In this document: one piece after another, positions 1-9,786 of the stretch
Position numbering within the stretch: position 1 is the stretch's first letter
Layout: each line of letters starts with the position of its first letter
DNA from: Bacillales bacterium
Lineage (GTDB): Bacteria > Bacillota_I > Bacilli_A > RFN20 > CAG-449
DNA: 64,000 nt
Assembly (NCBI GenBank): GCA_029006735.1
Contig: JAQXGN010000037.1
Span: forward strand, 9,894 to 73,893
Direction: 5' to 3'
Notes under the pieces: generated by a model
The model's database searches: none
What the model saw: only the letters and a program-made list of their open reading frames with translations
What the model was told of the DNA's origin: nothing
Program-made: the position numbers and the translations under genes

Positions 1-826
1 TCATGAAGAAATGAAATTCTTATTTATTACAATTCCTAAATTAACGCAAAATCGATTCCAAGCAGTAACTAATATTTTCTCTGGCAATTTCTTAAAAAAT
101 GGGATGGAAAATATGGGTGAAGGATTTAGATTATTATTGACTCAAGATGATTATTTACCATGGAATAATATAAAAGGAATAGGGACAATTTATTTAATTT
201 CCTTACCATTTACAATTTATGGATTATTTAATAAAGATAATAAAACATTTAACTGGATATTAAGAATATGGTTGATTGTATCTATATTAATGATGTTTAT
301 TGTATCACCAAATATTAATCGAATTAATATTATCTATTTCCCATTAATTATTTTAACTTTCTTAGGAATAAAAGATATATGTAGTCTATCAAAGAGAATA
401 ACCCATATTAGTGTAGGGACTTATTCTGCTTATTTTTTAATTTTTATTTTCTTATATACTTCTAGTTGGAATAATCAAATAAAATCATCATTCTATGATT
501 CTTTTGGTGATGCACTTAGATACGCAAGTTCTCTTGAAGCAGAACATTATTATGTTACGTCTAATGTAAATATGCCGTATATTTATGTTTTATTTTATGA
601 AAAATATGATAATAATGAATATATTAATTCTGTTAAATATTTAAATGAAGGAGATAGTTTTCAATATGTTCTTAGTTTTGGAAAATACACCTTTACCTTA
701 CCGTATGATTTTATCAAGAATAACGTCTATATTATTGATAAAGGGAATCAGTTATTAGAGGGTAAAGATTTATCTTTATATGATATAAAAGAATTTGACC
801 AATATTATGTAATAAATGTTTTATAA
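1..826 (+). CDS. C-terminal part of a polytopic membrane protein, possibly a GT-C/PMT_2 (ArnT-like) glycosyltransferase; the 5' end lies outside the window
   Basis: The frame is open from position 2, with no stop before the ATG at 11. Several hydrophobic helices are followed by a soluble Tyr/Asn-rich C-terminal domain. The family call is by resemblance only. Confidence 0.4.
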   Translation, partial: HEEMKFLFITIPKLTQNRFQAVTNIFSGNFLKNGMENMGEGFRLLLTQDDYLPWNNIKGIGTIYLISLPFTIYGLFNKDNKTFNWILRIWLIVSILMMFIVSPNINRINIIYFPLIILTFLGIKDICSLSKRITHISVGTYSAYFLIFIFLYTSSWNNQIKSSFYDSFGDALRYASSLEAEHYYVTSNVNMPYIYVLFYEKYDNNEYINSVKYLNEGDSFQYVLSFGKYTFTLPYDFIKNNVYIIDKGNQLLEGKDLSLYDIKEFDQYYVINVL

Positions 827-831
827 AGTAT

Positions 832-870
832 AAAAAAAGAATGTCATAATTACTAATGGCATTTTTTTTT
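832..870. terminator. Bidirectional intrinsic terminator between convergent genes
   Basis: 8-bp stem aatgtcat (840-847) / atggcatt (856-863), including one G-U pair. It is flanked by an A7 run upstream and a T9 run downstream, so it reads as hairpin plus U-tract on both strands. Confidence 0.7.
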
Positions 871-876
871 ATCTAA

Positions 877-1914
877 TTAGCGACTTTTTAATTCTTTTAA
901 ATGATTTTCTTGTGCCTCTTTATCACAACAGAAATCATCATTTTCTTTAGAAATAATGTCTTTTTCACTTGGAGTGACATCTCCAATACCTGTTACTTCA
1001 TTGAATGCAACACTCTTTCTAATCATTTCTGACATATCAGTTGGAATGATAATCTTACTTGCTCTTCCATTTGCAAGTTCAACCATTGCTTCAAATCTTT
1101 TTAATTCAATAACAGCAGGGGAAGGATTTGATTCAGAAAGAATCTTTAATGTTTCAGCTTCGGATTGTTTTCTTAATAATAAAGCTTTAGCCTCACCTTC
1201 TGCACGAGCGATTTCTGCATCTCTTTGACCTTCTGCTTCTAGAATTCTTGCTTTTTTGTCACCTTCTGCACGTTTAATAACAGATTCTTGGTGAGCTTCT
1301 GCGAGTAATACTGCTTCTCTTTTTTCTCGTTCAGCTTTCATTTGTTTTTCCATAGCAGATTGAATCTCTTTTGGAAGAATGATGTTTTTGACTTCACAAC
1401 GAGTAACTTTAATACCCCATTTGTCAGTCGCTTCATCAAGAATTGCAGTCATTTTTCCATTGATAATATCACGTGAAGTTAATGTATCATCTAAAGTCAT
1501 TGTACCGATGATATTACGTAATGTTGTTGCAGATAAATTATCTAAAGCATTTAATGGATTTACTGCACCATAAGTGAATGATTTTGAATCAAATACATAG
1601 AAATAAACGACAGAATCAATGTTGATTGTAACATTATCTTTAGTAATAACAGGTTGTGGTTTTGAGTCTAAAACTTGTTCCTTTAATACTACTTTATTTG
1701 ATACTCTTTCAAAAAAAGGAATTAAGAAGTGAATACCTGCACCCCAAGTGTGACGATATTTTCCTAAAAATTCAACAATGTATTCCTCTGCTTGGGATAC
1801 GATTCTAATGCTTGTAATACAAACGACTAGAACAAGTACTAGAACAATACCAACAATGATACCAACAATTCCGCCTGTTCCTATTGAATCTGCTAATAAA
1901 TTAAGTGTGATCAT
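877..1914 (-). CDS. SPFH/band-7 (stomatin/prohibitin-like) membrane protein
   Basis: N-terminal TM helix (GGIVGIIVGIVLVLVLVVCI), then an SPFH-type core (IRIVSQAEEYIVEFLGKYRHTW...VDSVVYFYV) and an Ala/Glu/Lys-rich coiled coil (EAEGQRDAEIARAEGEAKALL). Confidence 0.8.
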   Translation of the reverse strand: MITLNLLADSIGTGGIVGIIVGIVLVLVLVVCITSIRIVSQAEEYIVEFLGKYRHTWGAGIHFLIPFFERVSNKVVLKEQVLDSKPQPVITKDNVTINIDSVVYFYVFDSKSFTYGAVNPLNALDNLSATTLRNIIGTMTLDDTLTSRDIINGKMTAILDEATDKWGIKVTRCEVKNIILPKEIQSAMEKQMKAEREKREAVLLAEAHQESVIKRAEGDKKARILEAEGQRDAEIARAEGEAKALLLRKQSEAETLKILSESNPSPAVIELKRFEAMVELANGRASKIIIPTDMSEMIRKSVAFNEVTGIGDVTPSEKDIISKENDDFCCDKEAQENHLKELKSR

Positions 1915-1957
1915 ATTTTTTCCTCCTACACTTTATATTATATCAAAATAATAAATA

Positions 1958-2734
1958 TTATTTAGATTTTTTAAATTTTTTGCCTTTTTCAATTGCATCA
2001 GTTTCCCATTTTGGGGTGATGCCTTGATCAACTTCTTCAATCAATTTTTTATCTTGTTTTGATAATGGATAATTATCAAATAAATCTTTTCGATATTCTC
2101 TTGTTAAAACTAATGATTGTTTTTTTCGATATTTAGCAATCGCTTCATGATTTCCTGAAAATAATATATCAGGAATAGTATCTCCTTCATAATCGTATGG
2201 AAAAGTATATTGAGGGTATTCTAATAATCCATTATTAAATGATTCATCAACTATTGATTCTTCAGAAATGACACCCTTTATTAATCGAATAATAGCGTCT
2301 GACATTGCCATTACTGGTACTTCTCCACCAGTTAAAATATAATCTCCAATTGATATCATTTCATCGATGTATTTATTTACACGTTCATCGATTCCTTCAT
2401 AATGTCCACATACGAAAATTAAATGTTCTTCTTTTGATAATTCTAATGCTTTTTGTTGATTGAATGATTTTCCACGAGGAGAAGTAATTATCGATTTACT
2501 AGTTGGTGTTTTTACGCTTTTTAAAGCATCAATTACAGGTTGACATTGCATTATCAAACCAGCCCCACCACCAGTAGGGTAATCATCAACTCGATAATTT
2601 TTATTTTTTGTAAAATCACGAATGTTTACTAATTCAAATTCGACTAAGTTTCTAGCGATTGCTCTTTTAATTATGGAGTTATTGAGAAATGATTCAAACA
2701 TTTCAGGAAATAAAGTTAATATGGTTATTTTCAT
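1958..2734 (-). CDS. trmD: tRNA (guanine37-N1)-methyltransferase TrmD
   Basis: N-terminus MKITILTLFPEMF and the YPTGGGAGLIM motif. It is positioned directly after rimM, with a 1-nt overlap. Confidence 0.93.
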   Translation of the reverse strand: MKITILTLFPEMFESFLNNSIIKRAIARNLVEFELVNIRDFTKNKNYRVDDYPTGGGAGLIMQCQPVIDALKSVKTPTSKSIITSPRGKSFNQQKALELSKEEHLIFVCGHYEGIDERVNKYIDEMISIGDYILTGGEVPVMAMSDAIIRLIKGVISEESIVDESFNNGLLEYPQYTFPYDYEGDTIPDILFSGNHEAIAKYRKKQSLVLTREYRKDLFDNYPLSKQDKKLIEEVDQGITPKWETDAIEKGKKFKKSK

Positions 2735-3240
2735 TACATACCCTCAATTAATTTAACATCAATGCGTTTTGCTTTGATATCGACATCTTTAATAAATGCA
2801 TTTACAAAAGGTAAAAGAAGATCGGATTTGTTTTTTCTTGCGATACGTAATAACTTTCTTCCATTATAATCTTCTACTAATTTTACTTTTCCAACTAACA
2901 CATCGTTTTCATATACGTCGCATTCTTCTAAATCACAAAAATAGTATTCATTTTCACCTAATTCTGGTAAGGAATTTTTATCAATACAAATACTCCAATT
3001 AATAAATGGGGTGATTGCTTCAATAGTAGGGTATTCTTCAAAAGAAACATAATCATTTCCTTGGTGAAAATAATAAGAAGAGACAGTTACTTCTTTGATT
3101 TCATTTGTTTTTTCATTAAATAAAAAAACTTTATTGCCTTGTTGATAACGAGTTTTGGCAAAATCTGTTGATGAAGCAATTTTAACTGTTCCATCTAATC
3201 CTTTTGTTTTTAGTATTTTTCCAAGTGTTAATAATTTCAT
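2734..3240 (-). CDS. rimM: 16S rRNA processing protein RimM
   Basis: MKLLTLGKILKTKGLDGTVKI matches the RimM N-terminal signature. The ATG at 3240 is preceded by GGAGAA. The 43 codons upstream in the supplied ORF run through an intrinsic terminator and are not conserved-looking. Confidence 0.85.
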   Translation of the reverse strand: MKLLTLGKILKTKGLDGTVKIASSTDFAKTRYQQGNKVFLFNEKTNEIKEVTVSSYYFHQGNDYVSFEEYPTIEAITPFINWSICIDKNSLPELGENEYYFCDLEECDVYENDVLVGKVKLVEDYNGRKLLRIARKNKSDLLLPFVNAFIKDVDIKAKRIDVKLIEGM

Positions 3241-3293
3241 AAATTCTCCAAGTATTATATTAAAGATATATAATACATTTCCTTTTATATTAT

Positions 3294-3323
3294 AAAAAAA
3301 AGATGTAGCATTTACTACATCTT
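3294..3323 (-). terminator. Intrinsic terminator between khpA-like gene and rimM
   Basis: On the minus strand: aagatgtag-taaatg-ctacatctt followed by T7. Confidence 0.7.
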
Positions 3324-3340
3324 TAATAATTAATCCTATC

Positions 3341-3601
3341 TTATTCTGCGATTTCTTCTGTTGAAGCAAATTTGATATGAACTCTTTCTTCGTTAGTTTT
3401 ACCAGCGATAGAGAGAACTTCTCTTAATGCATCTGCAGTAGAACCATGTTTACCAATAAGTCTACCAGCATCGTCTTTTTCACATGTAATTAAAAAAGTA
3501 CGATCTTTTGAATTGTCATTTGGTAATTCAATAATTACAACTTTTTCAGGGAAATTGACAATTGGATTAATAAATTTTTGAATAGCATCAATATAATCCA
3601 T
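3341..3601 (-). CDS. khpA: KH-domain RNA-binding protein (YlqC/KhpA family)
   Basis: 86 aa with the KH GxxG motif (GRLIGKHGSTADALREVL). It sits in the conserved position between rpsP and rimM. Confidence 0.8.
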   Translation of the reverse strand: MDYIDAIQKFINPIVNFPEKVVIIELPNDNSKDRTFLITCEKDDAGRLIGKHGSTADALREVLSIAGKTNEERVHIKFASTEEIAE

Positions 3602-3613
3602 TATGCTATTCTC

Positions 3614-3889
3614 CTATTTTGATTTCTTTTCAGCAAATTCTTTGATGATGCCTTCTTTTGAAAGGATTGATTTTACTGTGTCTGATGGTTGAGCACCTTT
3701 TCCTAACCAAGCTAAGACTGCATCTCTATTTAAAGTTAAAGTAGGTGTTTTTCCTTGAGCTTTTGGATTGTAATATCCAACTTGTTCAATATAACGACCA
3801 TCACGAGCAAAACGTGAATCTGCAACGACGATTCTATAGCAAGCATCGTCATGACGACCTGTTCTTGTTAATCTAATTTTTACTGCCAT
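3614..3889 (-). CDS. rpsP: 30S ribosomal protein S16
   Basis: [42 protein letters not shown] is a canonical S16 N-terminus. Confidence 0.95.
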   Translation of the reverse strand: MAVKIRLTRTGRHDDACYRIVVADSRFARDGRYIEQVGYYNPKAQGKTPTLTLNRDAVLAWLGKGAQPSDTVKSILSKEGIIKEFAEKKSK

Positions 3890-3998
3890 AAACTTTCCTC
3901 CTTGTGCGTACGTTAGATATTTTATACGATACTTTTCATGGTGTCAAGTATTTTTACTTAACGCCTTGTAAAAAAGTAGTGATAAAAACAAAATTATA

Positions 3999-4027
3999 TT
4001 GAAATATAAAATAGCAAGTGATAGAAT
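3999..4027 (+). promoter_or_regulatory. Sigma-A-type promoter for rplS
   Basis: TTGAAA (3999-4004), a 17-nt spacer, then TAGAAT (4022-4027). This leaves a leader of about 90 nt before the rplS ATG. Confidence 0.55.
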
Positions 4028-4122
4028 AATCACGCATGACAAAATAGTTATGCTGTTGAGTTCAAGTGATATCTACAATCATGAACTTGACGAATATGTC
4101 TTGAAAGGAGCGTGTATTCAAT

Positions 4123-4470
4123 ATGAATAACCAATTAGTTGAAAAAATCACTAAGTCACAAATCAGAACTGATTTACCTTCATTCTCTGCTGGTGACACA
4201 TTAAAGGTTAGCGTTAGAATTATTGAAGGTGGCAAATCAAGAATCCAAGTATTCCAAGGTGTTGTCATTTCACGTCGCGGCTCAGGAGTTGGCGAAACAT
4301 TTATTATTAGAAAAATGTCATCTGGTGTCGGTGTAGAAAGAACCTTCCCAGTAAACTCCCCATCTATTGCTTCTATCGAAGTATTAAAACACGGTAGAGT
4401 TAGAAGAAATAAAATCTATTTCTTACGCAAGAGATCAGGTAAATCCGCACGTCTTAAAGAAGTTCTTTAA
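4123..4470 (+). CDS. rplS: 50S ribosomal protein L19
   Basis: [41 protein letters not shown] is a typical L19 sequence. Confidence 0.95.
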   Translation: MNNQLVEKITKSQIRTDLPSFSAGDTLKVSVRIIEGGKSRIQVFQGVVISRRGSGVGETFIIRKMSSGVGVERTFPVNSPSIASIEVLKHGRVRRNKIYFLRKRSGKSARLKEVL

Positions 4471-4498
4471 TTCGAGAAAACAGTCTAATCAAGTGATT

Positions 4499-4530
4499 AA
4501 AGCTATTCTTAATAGGATAGCTTTTTTTCT
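4499..4530 (+). terminator. Intrinsic terminator after rplS
   Basis: Stem aaagctat (4499-4506) / atagcttt (4517-4524), followed by a T-run. Confidence 0.7.
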
Positions 4531-4591
4531 TATTTCTAATCGTTTCTTGATATTTTTGCGCTATATTTAATATAATTTATATGGTGATTTT

Positions 4592-5170
4592 ATGAAGGGT
4601 AAAAGATTAAATATCTTATTAAATGTATTAATAGTAATTTTTGTTATTCTTACTGCTTTTACTATTGCATTAAGAACCTTTTATAATGTTGGAACTATCG
4701 TTATTGGTAATTCTATGAATAATACTTTAAATGAAGGTGATTTAGCACTGATTAAAAAAGGGAAATACGTTAAAAAAATCACTTATGAAGATGTTATTGT
4801 ATTTGAACATGGTGAAAAAGAAGTTATTAAAAGAGTAATTGGATTACCAGGAGATCATATTATTATTAATAATATTGGGATGGTTTTTGTCAATGATAAT
4901 CAACTTGATGAAACAGAATTTATTGGTGAAGAATATACATTAGATACTTGGTCAAACGGGATTAAAACATTTTATGATGTAGTATTAGGAAATGATGAGT
5001 ATTATGTAATGGGTGACAATCGTAAAGTTAGTTATGATTCTCGTTCATATGGACCAATAAAAAAAGATTGTATTGTTGGTAAATTAAAAATAGTATATGC
5101 TCATGGTGATTTTAATCAAGACGATGGAAGCATTAAAAATATAAAACCAATTAAATGGATTTTATTTTAA
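4592..5170 (+). CDS. lepB: Signal peptidase I (S26 family)
   Basis: N-terminal TM helix, catalytic Ser box GNSMNNTL, KRVIGLPGD, and GDNRKVSYDSR. Confidence 0.9.
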   Translation: MKGKRLNILLNVLIVIFVILTAFTIALRTFYNVGTIVIGNSMNNTLNEGDLALIKKGKYVKKITYEDVIVFEHGEKEVIKRVIGLPGDHIIINNIGMVFVNDNQLDETEFIGEEYTLDTWSNGIKTFYDVVLGNDEYYVMGDNRKVSYDSRSYGPIKKDCIVGKLKIVYAHGDFNQDDGSIKNIKPIKWILF

Positions 5171-5181
5171 AGGAGAAATCT

Positions 5182-6039
5182 ATGCAGCAAAAAAGTGTAC
5201 ATTGGTTTCCTGGGCATATGCAAAAAGCAATGCGGGAGATTGAAGAAAAATTAAAATTAATTGATATAGTGATTGAAATTGTTGATGCAAGAGCCCCAAA
5301 AAGTAGTAAAAATAAGTTTTTGGAAAGATTAACAAAATCAAAAAAAAGAATTATTGTAATGTCTAAAAAGGATTTAGCAGATCCAAACTTATTAAGATTA
5401 TGGGAAGAAAAATATAAAAATGACGGATATTATCCTGTAGCGTGTGATTTAAATAATAATCAAGATATCAAGAATATTTTAAATGCAATTCAATTTATTG
5501 GAAAAGATAAGATGGATAGAGATATTCGTCGAGGATTAAAACCTCAACCAATAAGAATTATGATTATTGGTATTCCAAATGTGGGAAAGTCTACATTGAT
5601 TAATAGATTATCAAAAAGAGGTGCAGCAAGTATTGCGAATACTCCTGGACATACTCGTTCTCAACAATGGATTAGAGTTAATAAAACATTAGAATTACTT
5701 GATACTCCAGGAATTTTACCTCCTCATTATGATGATAAAATGGAAGCAATTCATTTGGCGTTAATTGGATCAATGAAGATAGAAAATATTTCAGAGACTG
5801 AATTGCTTGAAGAATTATTAAAAATATTAATAAACAAACACGCGGATAAATTAATGGAAAGATATGACTTATCTAAGGAAGATTTATCATCAAATAATAA
5901 TATCTTTTTAGGAATCGCAAAAAGAAGAGGATTGTTATTATCGCAAGGACAATATGATTTAGAAAAAGCAGAATTGCTTTTATTAAAAGAGTTTAAAGAG
6001 GGATTAATTGTTAAAACAATTATTGATGAATTATGTTAG
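5182..6039 (+). CDS. rbgA: Ribosome biogenesis GTPase A (YlqF/RbgA)
   Basis: HWFPGHMQKA start region and circularly permuted GTPase motifs (MSKKDL, GIPNVGKST, DTPG). AGGAGA lies 5 nt before the ATG at 5182. It sits in the rplS-ylqF-rnhB synteny block. Confidence 0.9.
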   Translation: MQQKSVHWFPGHMQKAMREIEEKLKLIDIVIEIVDARAPKSSKNKFLERLTKSKKRIIVMSKKDLADPNLLRLWEEKYKNDGYYPVACDLNNNQDIKNILNAIQFIGKDKMDRDIRRGLKPQPIRIMIIGIPNVGKSTLINRLSKRGAASIANTPGHTRSQQWIRVNKTLELLDTPGILPPHYDDKMEAIHLALIGSMKIENISETELLEELLKILINKHADKLMERYDLSKEDLSSNNNIFLGIAKRRGLLLSQGQYDLEKAELLLLKEFKEGLIVKTIIDELC

Positions 6040-6662
6040 ATTATGAAAAACCAATATTTGAACAAGGTTATACAAAGATAGTTGGGTGTGATGAAGCAGG
6101 TAGAGGACCTTTATGTGGACCAGTTGTATGTGCTAGTTGCATTCTTCCAATAGGGTATCAAAATGAATTGATTAATGATTCAAAAAAATTGACCGATAAA
6201 AAAAGAAGAATTCTTTTTGATGAAATTAAAAAAGTAGCTATTGCATATGCAATTGTTGCAATTTCTCCAGAAGAAATAGATAAAATCAATATTTATGAAG
6301 CATCAAGAAAAGGGATGACTCTAGCAATTAAACAAATGGAAGTAAAACCTGATTATATTATTACTGATTGTATGCCATTATTTGGATTTGATGGAATTCC
6401 TCAAGAAAACTTGGTGAAAGGTGATGCTAAAGCAATGTGTGTTGCTGCTGCTTCGATTTTAGCTAAAGTAACTAGAGATAAAATTATGGAGGAAATTGAC
6501 AAACAATATCCACAATATAATATAAAGAAACATAAAGGTTATCCAACTAAGGAACATATTGAATTATTAAATAAATATGGCCCAATAAAAGGATTGTATC
6601 GATATTCTTATAATCCAGTTAAACAAGCAACACAAATAAAAATTTCTTTACTAGAAGATTAG
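6033..6662 (+). CDS. rnhB: Ribonuclease HII
   Basis: GCDEAGRGPLCGPVV catalytic motif. It overlaps the rbgA stop by 7 nt. Confidence 0.92.
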   Translation: MLDYEKPIFEQGYTKIVGCDEAGRGPLCGPVVCASCILPIGYQNELINDSKKLTDKKRRILFDEIKKVAIAYAIVAISPEEIDKINIYEASRKGMTLAIKQMEVKPDYIITDCMPLFGFDGIPQENLVKGDAKAMCVAAASILAKVTRDKIMEEIDKQYPQYNIKKHKGYPTKEHIELLNKYGPIKGLYRYSYNPVKQATQIKISLLED

Positions 6663-6712
6663 AATTTTTGATGAATAACTCCGTATTTAAAATATAAGGA
6701 GTTTTTTATTTT

Positions 6713-7480
6713 ATGGAAAGTAGAGATGTTTTAATTTATTTTGCACTTTTATATAAAGGTGATTGGAATGATATTATTAAAGCTTTAGAAAAGCATGAAA
6801 TAGTTGATGAAGAATTATATCTTAAAATGATGCAAAAGGTGAAATGCAAAATATGTACGATAATAGATAATGATTATCCAGAGGCAATGAAAAAAATATA
6901 TAAGCCACCGTTTGTTATTTTTTATTATGGTGATCTCTCCTTATTATATAAGGATAATATAATAGGAGTTGTAGGTTCTAGAGAGCCTTTACCTTATTCG
7001 ATAGATGCTTGTGTGGAAGTATTAAAAAATATTGGAGAAAAAGATCCTGTTATCATTTCTGGATTAGCATTAGGAATTGATACTATTGCTCATAAATGCG
7101 CACTTAATAATGGCTATCAGACCATTGCAGTTTTAGGATCGGGAATTGATTATTGCTATCCTTTAGAAAACTATCGATTATATGATCAAATTAAATATAC
7201 TGGTCTAATTATCTCGGAACATCCATATAAAGAAATAGTATCTAAAGAAGCTTTTGTATTCCGTAATCGCCTAATCGCAGGATTAAGTAAAGTTCTTCTT
7301 ATTCCGGAAGTTAAAACAAAAAGTGGAACTTTAGCTACTATTAAATATGGAGTAGATTTTTCAAAGGAGATATTAGTAATCCCTCATCCTATTTTTGACA
7401 AAACATTTAATAATAGTTTAATTCAAGAAGGTGCAAAAATAACGATCTCAAATAAAGATATTTTAGATGAATTGAAATAA
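6713..7480 (+). CDS. dprA: DNA processing protein DprA (short form)
   Basis: GVVGSREP...ISGLALGIDTIAHKCAL...FRNRLIAGLS Rossmann-like DprA core, immediately upstream of topA as in Bacillus. Confidence 0.85.
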   Translation: MESRDVLIYFALLYKGDWNDIIKALEKHEIVDEELYLKMMQKVKCKICTIIDNDYPEAMKKIYKPPFVIFYYGDLSLLYKDNIIGVVGSREPLPYSIDACVEVLKNIGEKDPVIISGLALGIDTIAHKCALNNGYQTIAVLGSGIDYCYPLENYRLYDQIKYTGLIISEHPYKEIVSKEAFVFRNRLIAGLSKVLLIPEVKTKSGTLATIKYGVDFSKEILVIPHPIFDKTFNNSLIQEGAKITISNKDILDELK

Positions 7481-7598
7481 AAAAACTTATTATTATCTTA
7501 TTAATAATAAAGAGAATTCACAAAAAAATAACTGAAAAAACGTTTGACTTTTGTCTTTAATGTTAATCATAATAATAAAGCACGAAGGAGGAAGAAAA

Positions 7599-9692
7599 AT
7601 GAAATTAGTTATTGTCGAGTCTCCAACTAAATGTAAAACGATAAAAAAATATTTAGGTAGTGAATATAACGTTATGGCATCTTTAGGACATATTAGAGAT
7701 CTATCTACTTCTGGTAAGGGTGGATTAGGTGTAAATGTTTTAGATGATTTTAAACCTACATACATTAATTCAAAAGATAAATATAAAGTCATTCGTGATT
7801 TAGTTGACGCAACAAAAAAATCTGATGAAGTTTTTCTTGCAACCGACCCTGATCGTGAAGGGGAAGCAATTTCTTGGCATCTTGCAGAAGTTTTACATTT
7901 GCCAATTAAAACAACTAAGAGATTAGAATTTCATGAAATTACAAAACCGGCAATTAAAAAAGCTTTAGAAAACCCACGTACTATTGATATGTCTTTAGTA
8001 GAATCACAAGAAACACGAAGAATTATTGATCGTATTATGGGGTTTGAACTTTCTACATTATTAAAAAGAAAAATTGGATCTTCTTCTGGTGGTCGAGTCC
8101 AATCAGTTACATTAAAATTAATAACTGAAAGAGAAAAAGAAATTAAAGCCTTTGTCCCTGAAGAATATTGGTTAATTCAAGGTAATCTAGAAAAAAATAT
8201 TAATGTTAAATTGGAAAGTTATAAAGATCAACCTATTGGAACAATAAATAACGAAGAAGAAGCAGATAAGATTTTAAATTCTTTACCAAATACTTTTGTT
8301 GTTTCTGATATTGCAATACGTACTAGAAGAACTGAATCAAAACCACCATTTACTACTTCTACTCTTCAACAAGAAGCGTTTAATCGTCATAAATATTCAA
8401 CAAAGAAAACATCTTCAATCGCTCAAAAATTATATGAAGGTATTGATATTGGACAAGATACTATTGGTTTAATCACATATATGAGAACTGATTCAATTAG
8501 ATTATCCCCTGAATTTGTTAAGTCTGCGAATGACTATATTTTAAATAATTATGGAGAGCAATATCTTGGTAAGATTAATACACGTCAAGGGAAAGGATTA
8601 GTTCAAGATGCTCATGAAGCAATTAGACCTACTTCATTAGAATTGACACCAAAATCAATTAAGCAATACCTAACAAATGAACAATATAATTTATATAAAT
8701 TGATTTATTATCGTGCATTAGCATCCTTAATGTCACCAAAACTTGATGAAGTTACTAATGTAAGATTTGATGCTAATGATTATTCCTTTATCGCAAGTGG
8801 AGTTAGTAATATTTTTGATGGATATTCAAAATTATATGAATCTGCTTTTGATGATAATAAAAAAGATATGTTATTACCATCTTTAAATAAAGGTGATGAA
8901 TTGAAAGTTGTTGAAATTGATAAAGAACAAAAATTTACTACTGGACCTCAAAGATATACAGAAGCGAGAATTGTTAAGACTATGGAAGAATTAGGAATTG
9001 GTCGACCTTCAACATATGCTTCTACTATTTCTACTCTCTATGATCGTAAATACATCATTCAAGAAAAAGGGCAAATATACGCTACTGAGCAAGGAATTGA
9101 AACAGTTGATAAATTATGCGAGTTCTTTACTCCTTTTATGGATACCACTTATACTGCTAAGATGGAACAAAATTTAGATAGTATCGTTGAAGGGAATGAT
9201 TCTCGTTTAGGTCTATTGAAGAGTTTCTATAATGAGTTTGAACCTCTTTATGAGAAAGCTTTAGTAGATATGGAAAAAGTTGAACCAAAGCAAACTGGAG
9301 AATTATGTCCAAGATGTGGCAACCCATTAGTAGTAAAAAAATCTAAATATGGTGAATTTATTGGGTGCTTAAATTATCCAAAGTGTAATTATATTAAACC
9401 AAAAGAAAGTAAACCATTAGAAATATTAGAAAATCAATTGTGTCCAAAGTGTGGTAGCACATTAGTAAAGAGAAAATCTAAAAAAGGAGAGTTCTATGCT
9501 TGTAGTGCTTATCCAACATGTAAATATATATTGGGAAATGACGAACAAGAAGATAATAAGGAAGTTGTTTCTGATAGAACTTGTCCGAAGTGTGGAAAAA
9601 CATTATTGATTAAAAAAGGACGTAATAATAAAGGTGATTTTTACGCTTGTAGTGGTTATCCAAAGTGTAAATTTACAGAAACAATTAAATAA
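7599..9692 (+). CDS. topA: DNA topoisomerase I
   Basis: Toprim start MKLVIVESPTK, DPDREGEAI, and the active-site Tyr region GLITYMRTDS. There are three C-terminal C4 zinc ribbons (CPRCG..CNY, CPKCG..CKY, CPKCG..CKF). GGAGG precedes the ATG at 7599. Confidence 0.95.
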   Translation: MKLVIVESPTKCKTIKKYLGSEYNVMASLGHIRDLSTSGKGGLGVNVLDDFKPTYINSKDKYKVIRDLVDATKKSDEVFLATDPDREGEAISWHLAEVLHLPIKTTKRLEFHEITKPAIKKALENPRTIDMSLVESQETRRIIDRIMGFELSTLLKRKIGSSSGGRVQSVTLKLITEREKEIKAFVPEEYWLIQGNLEKNINVKLESYKDQPIGTINNEEEADKILNSLPNTFVVSDIAIRTRRTESKPPFTTSTLQQEAFNRHKYSTKKTSSIAQKLYEGIDIGQDTIGLITYMRTDSIRLSPEFVKSANDYILNNYGEQYLGKINTRQGKGLVQDAHEAIRPTSLELTPKSIKQYLTNEQYNLYKLIYYRALASLMSPKLDEVTNVRFDANDYSFIASGVSNIFDGYSKLYESAFDDNKKDMLLPSLNKGDELKVVEIDKEQKFTTGPQRYTEARIVKTMEELGIGRPSTYASTISTLYDRKYIIQEKGQIYATEQGIETVDKLCEFFTPFMDTTYTAKMEQNLDSIVEGNDSRLGLLKSFYNEFEPLYEKALVDMEKVEPKQTGELCPRCGNPLVVKKSKYGEFIGCLNYPKCNYIKPKESKPLEILENQLCPKCGSTLVKRKSKKGEFYACSAYPTCKYILGNDEQEDNKEVVSDRTCPKCGKTLLIKKGRNNKGDFYACSGYPKCKFTETIK

Positions 9693-9704
9693 AATAACAA
9701 ATAG

Positions 9705-9737
9705 TGGCCTCTGAAAGCGTTTTCAAGCCATTTTTTT
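9705..9737 (+). terminator. Probable intrinsic terminator after topA
   Basis: Imperfect hairpin tggcc..tgaaa / tttca..gcca, followed by T7. Confidence 0.5.
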
Positions 9738-9758
9738 GTATTTTTTGTTAATAATTTG

Positions 9759-9786
9759 TTGAATTGAATATTTTTTTTCATATAAT
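9759..9786 (+). promoter_or_regulatory. Candidate sigma-A promoter for the opp operon
   Basis: TTGAAT (9759-9764), a 16-nt spacer, then TATAAT (9781-9786). It would give a leader of about 220 nt. Confidence 0.45.

Noticed and set aside
3241-3369. N-terminal 43 codons of the supplied rimM ORF
   Set aside because: The extension runs through a strong intrinsic terminator and overlaps the khpA 3' end. The conserved RimM sequence and an SD begin at 3240.
4062-4268. 68-aa minus-strand ORF overlapping the rplS start
   Set aside because: It overlaps the L19 gene and its promoter region, and there is no independent support for it.
7493-7792. 99-aa minus-strand ORF, and the 16-codon N-terminal extension of the topA ORF (7551)
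   Set aside because: topA clearly begins at MKLVIVESPTK (7599), preceded by GGAGG. The other frames overlap it and have no supporting signals.
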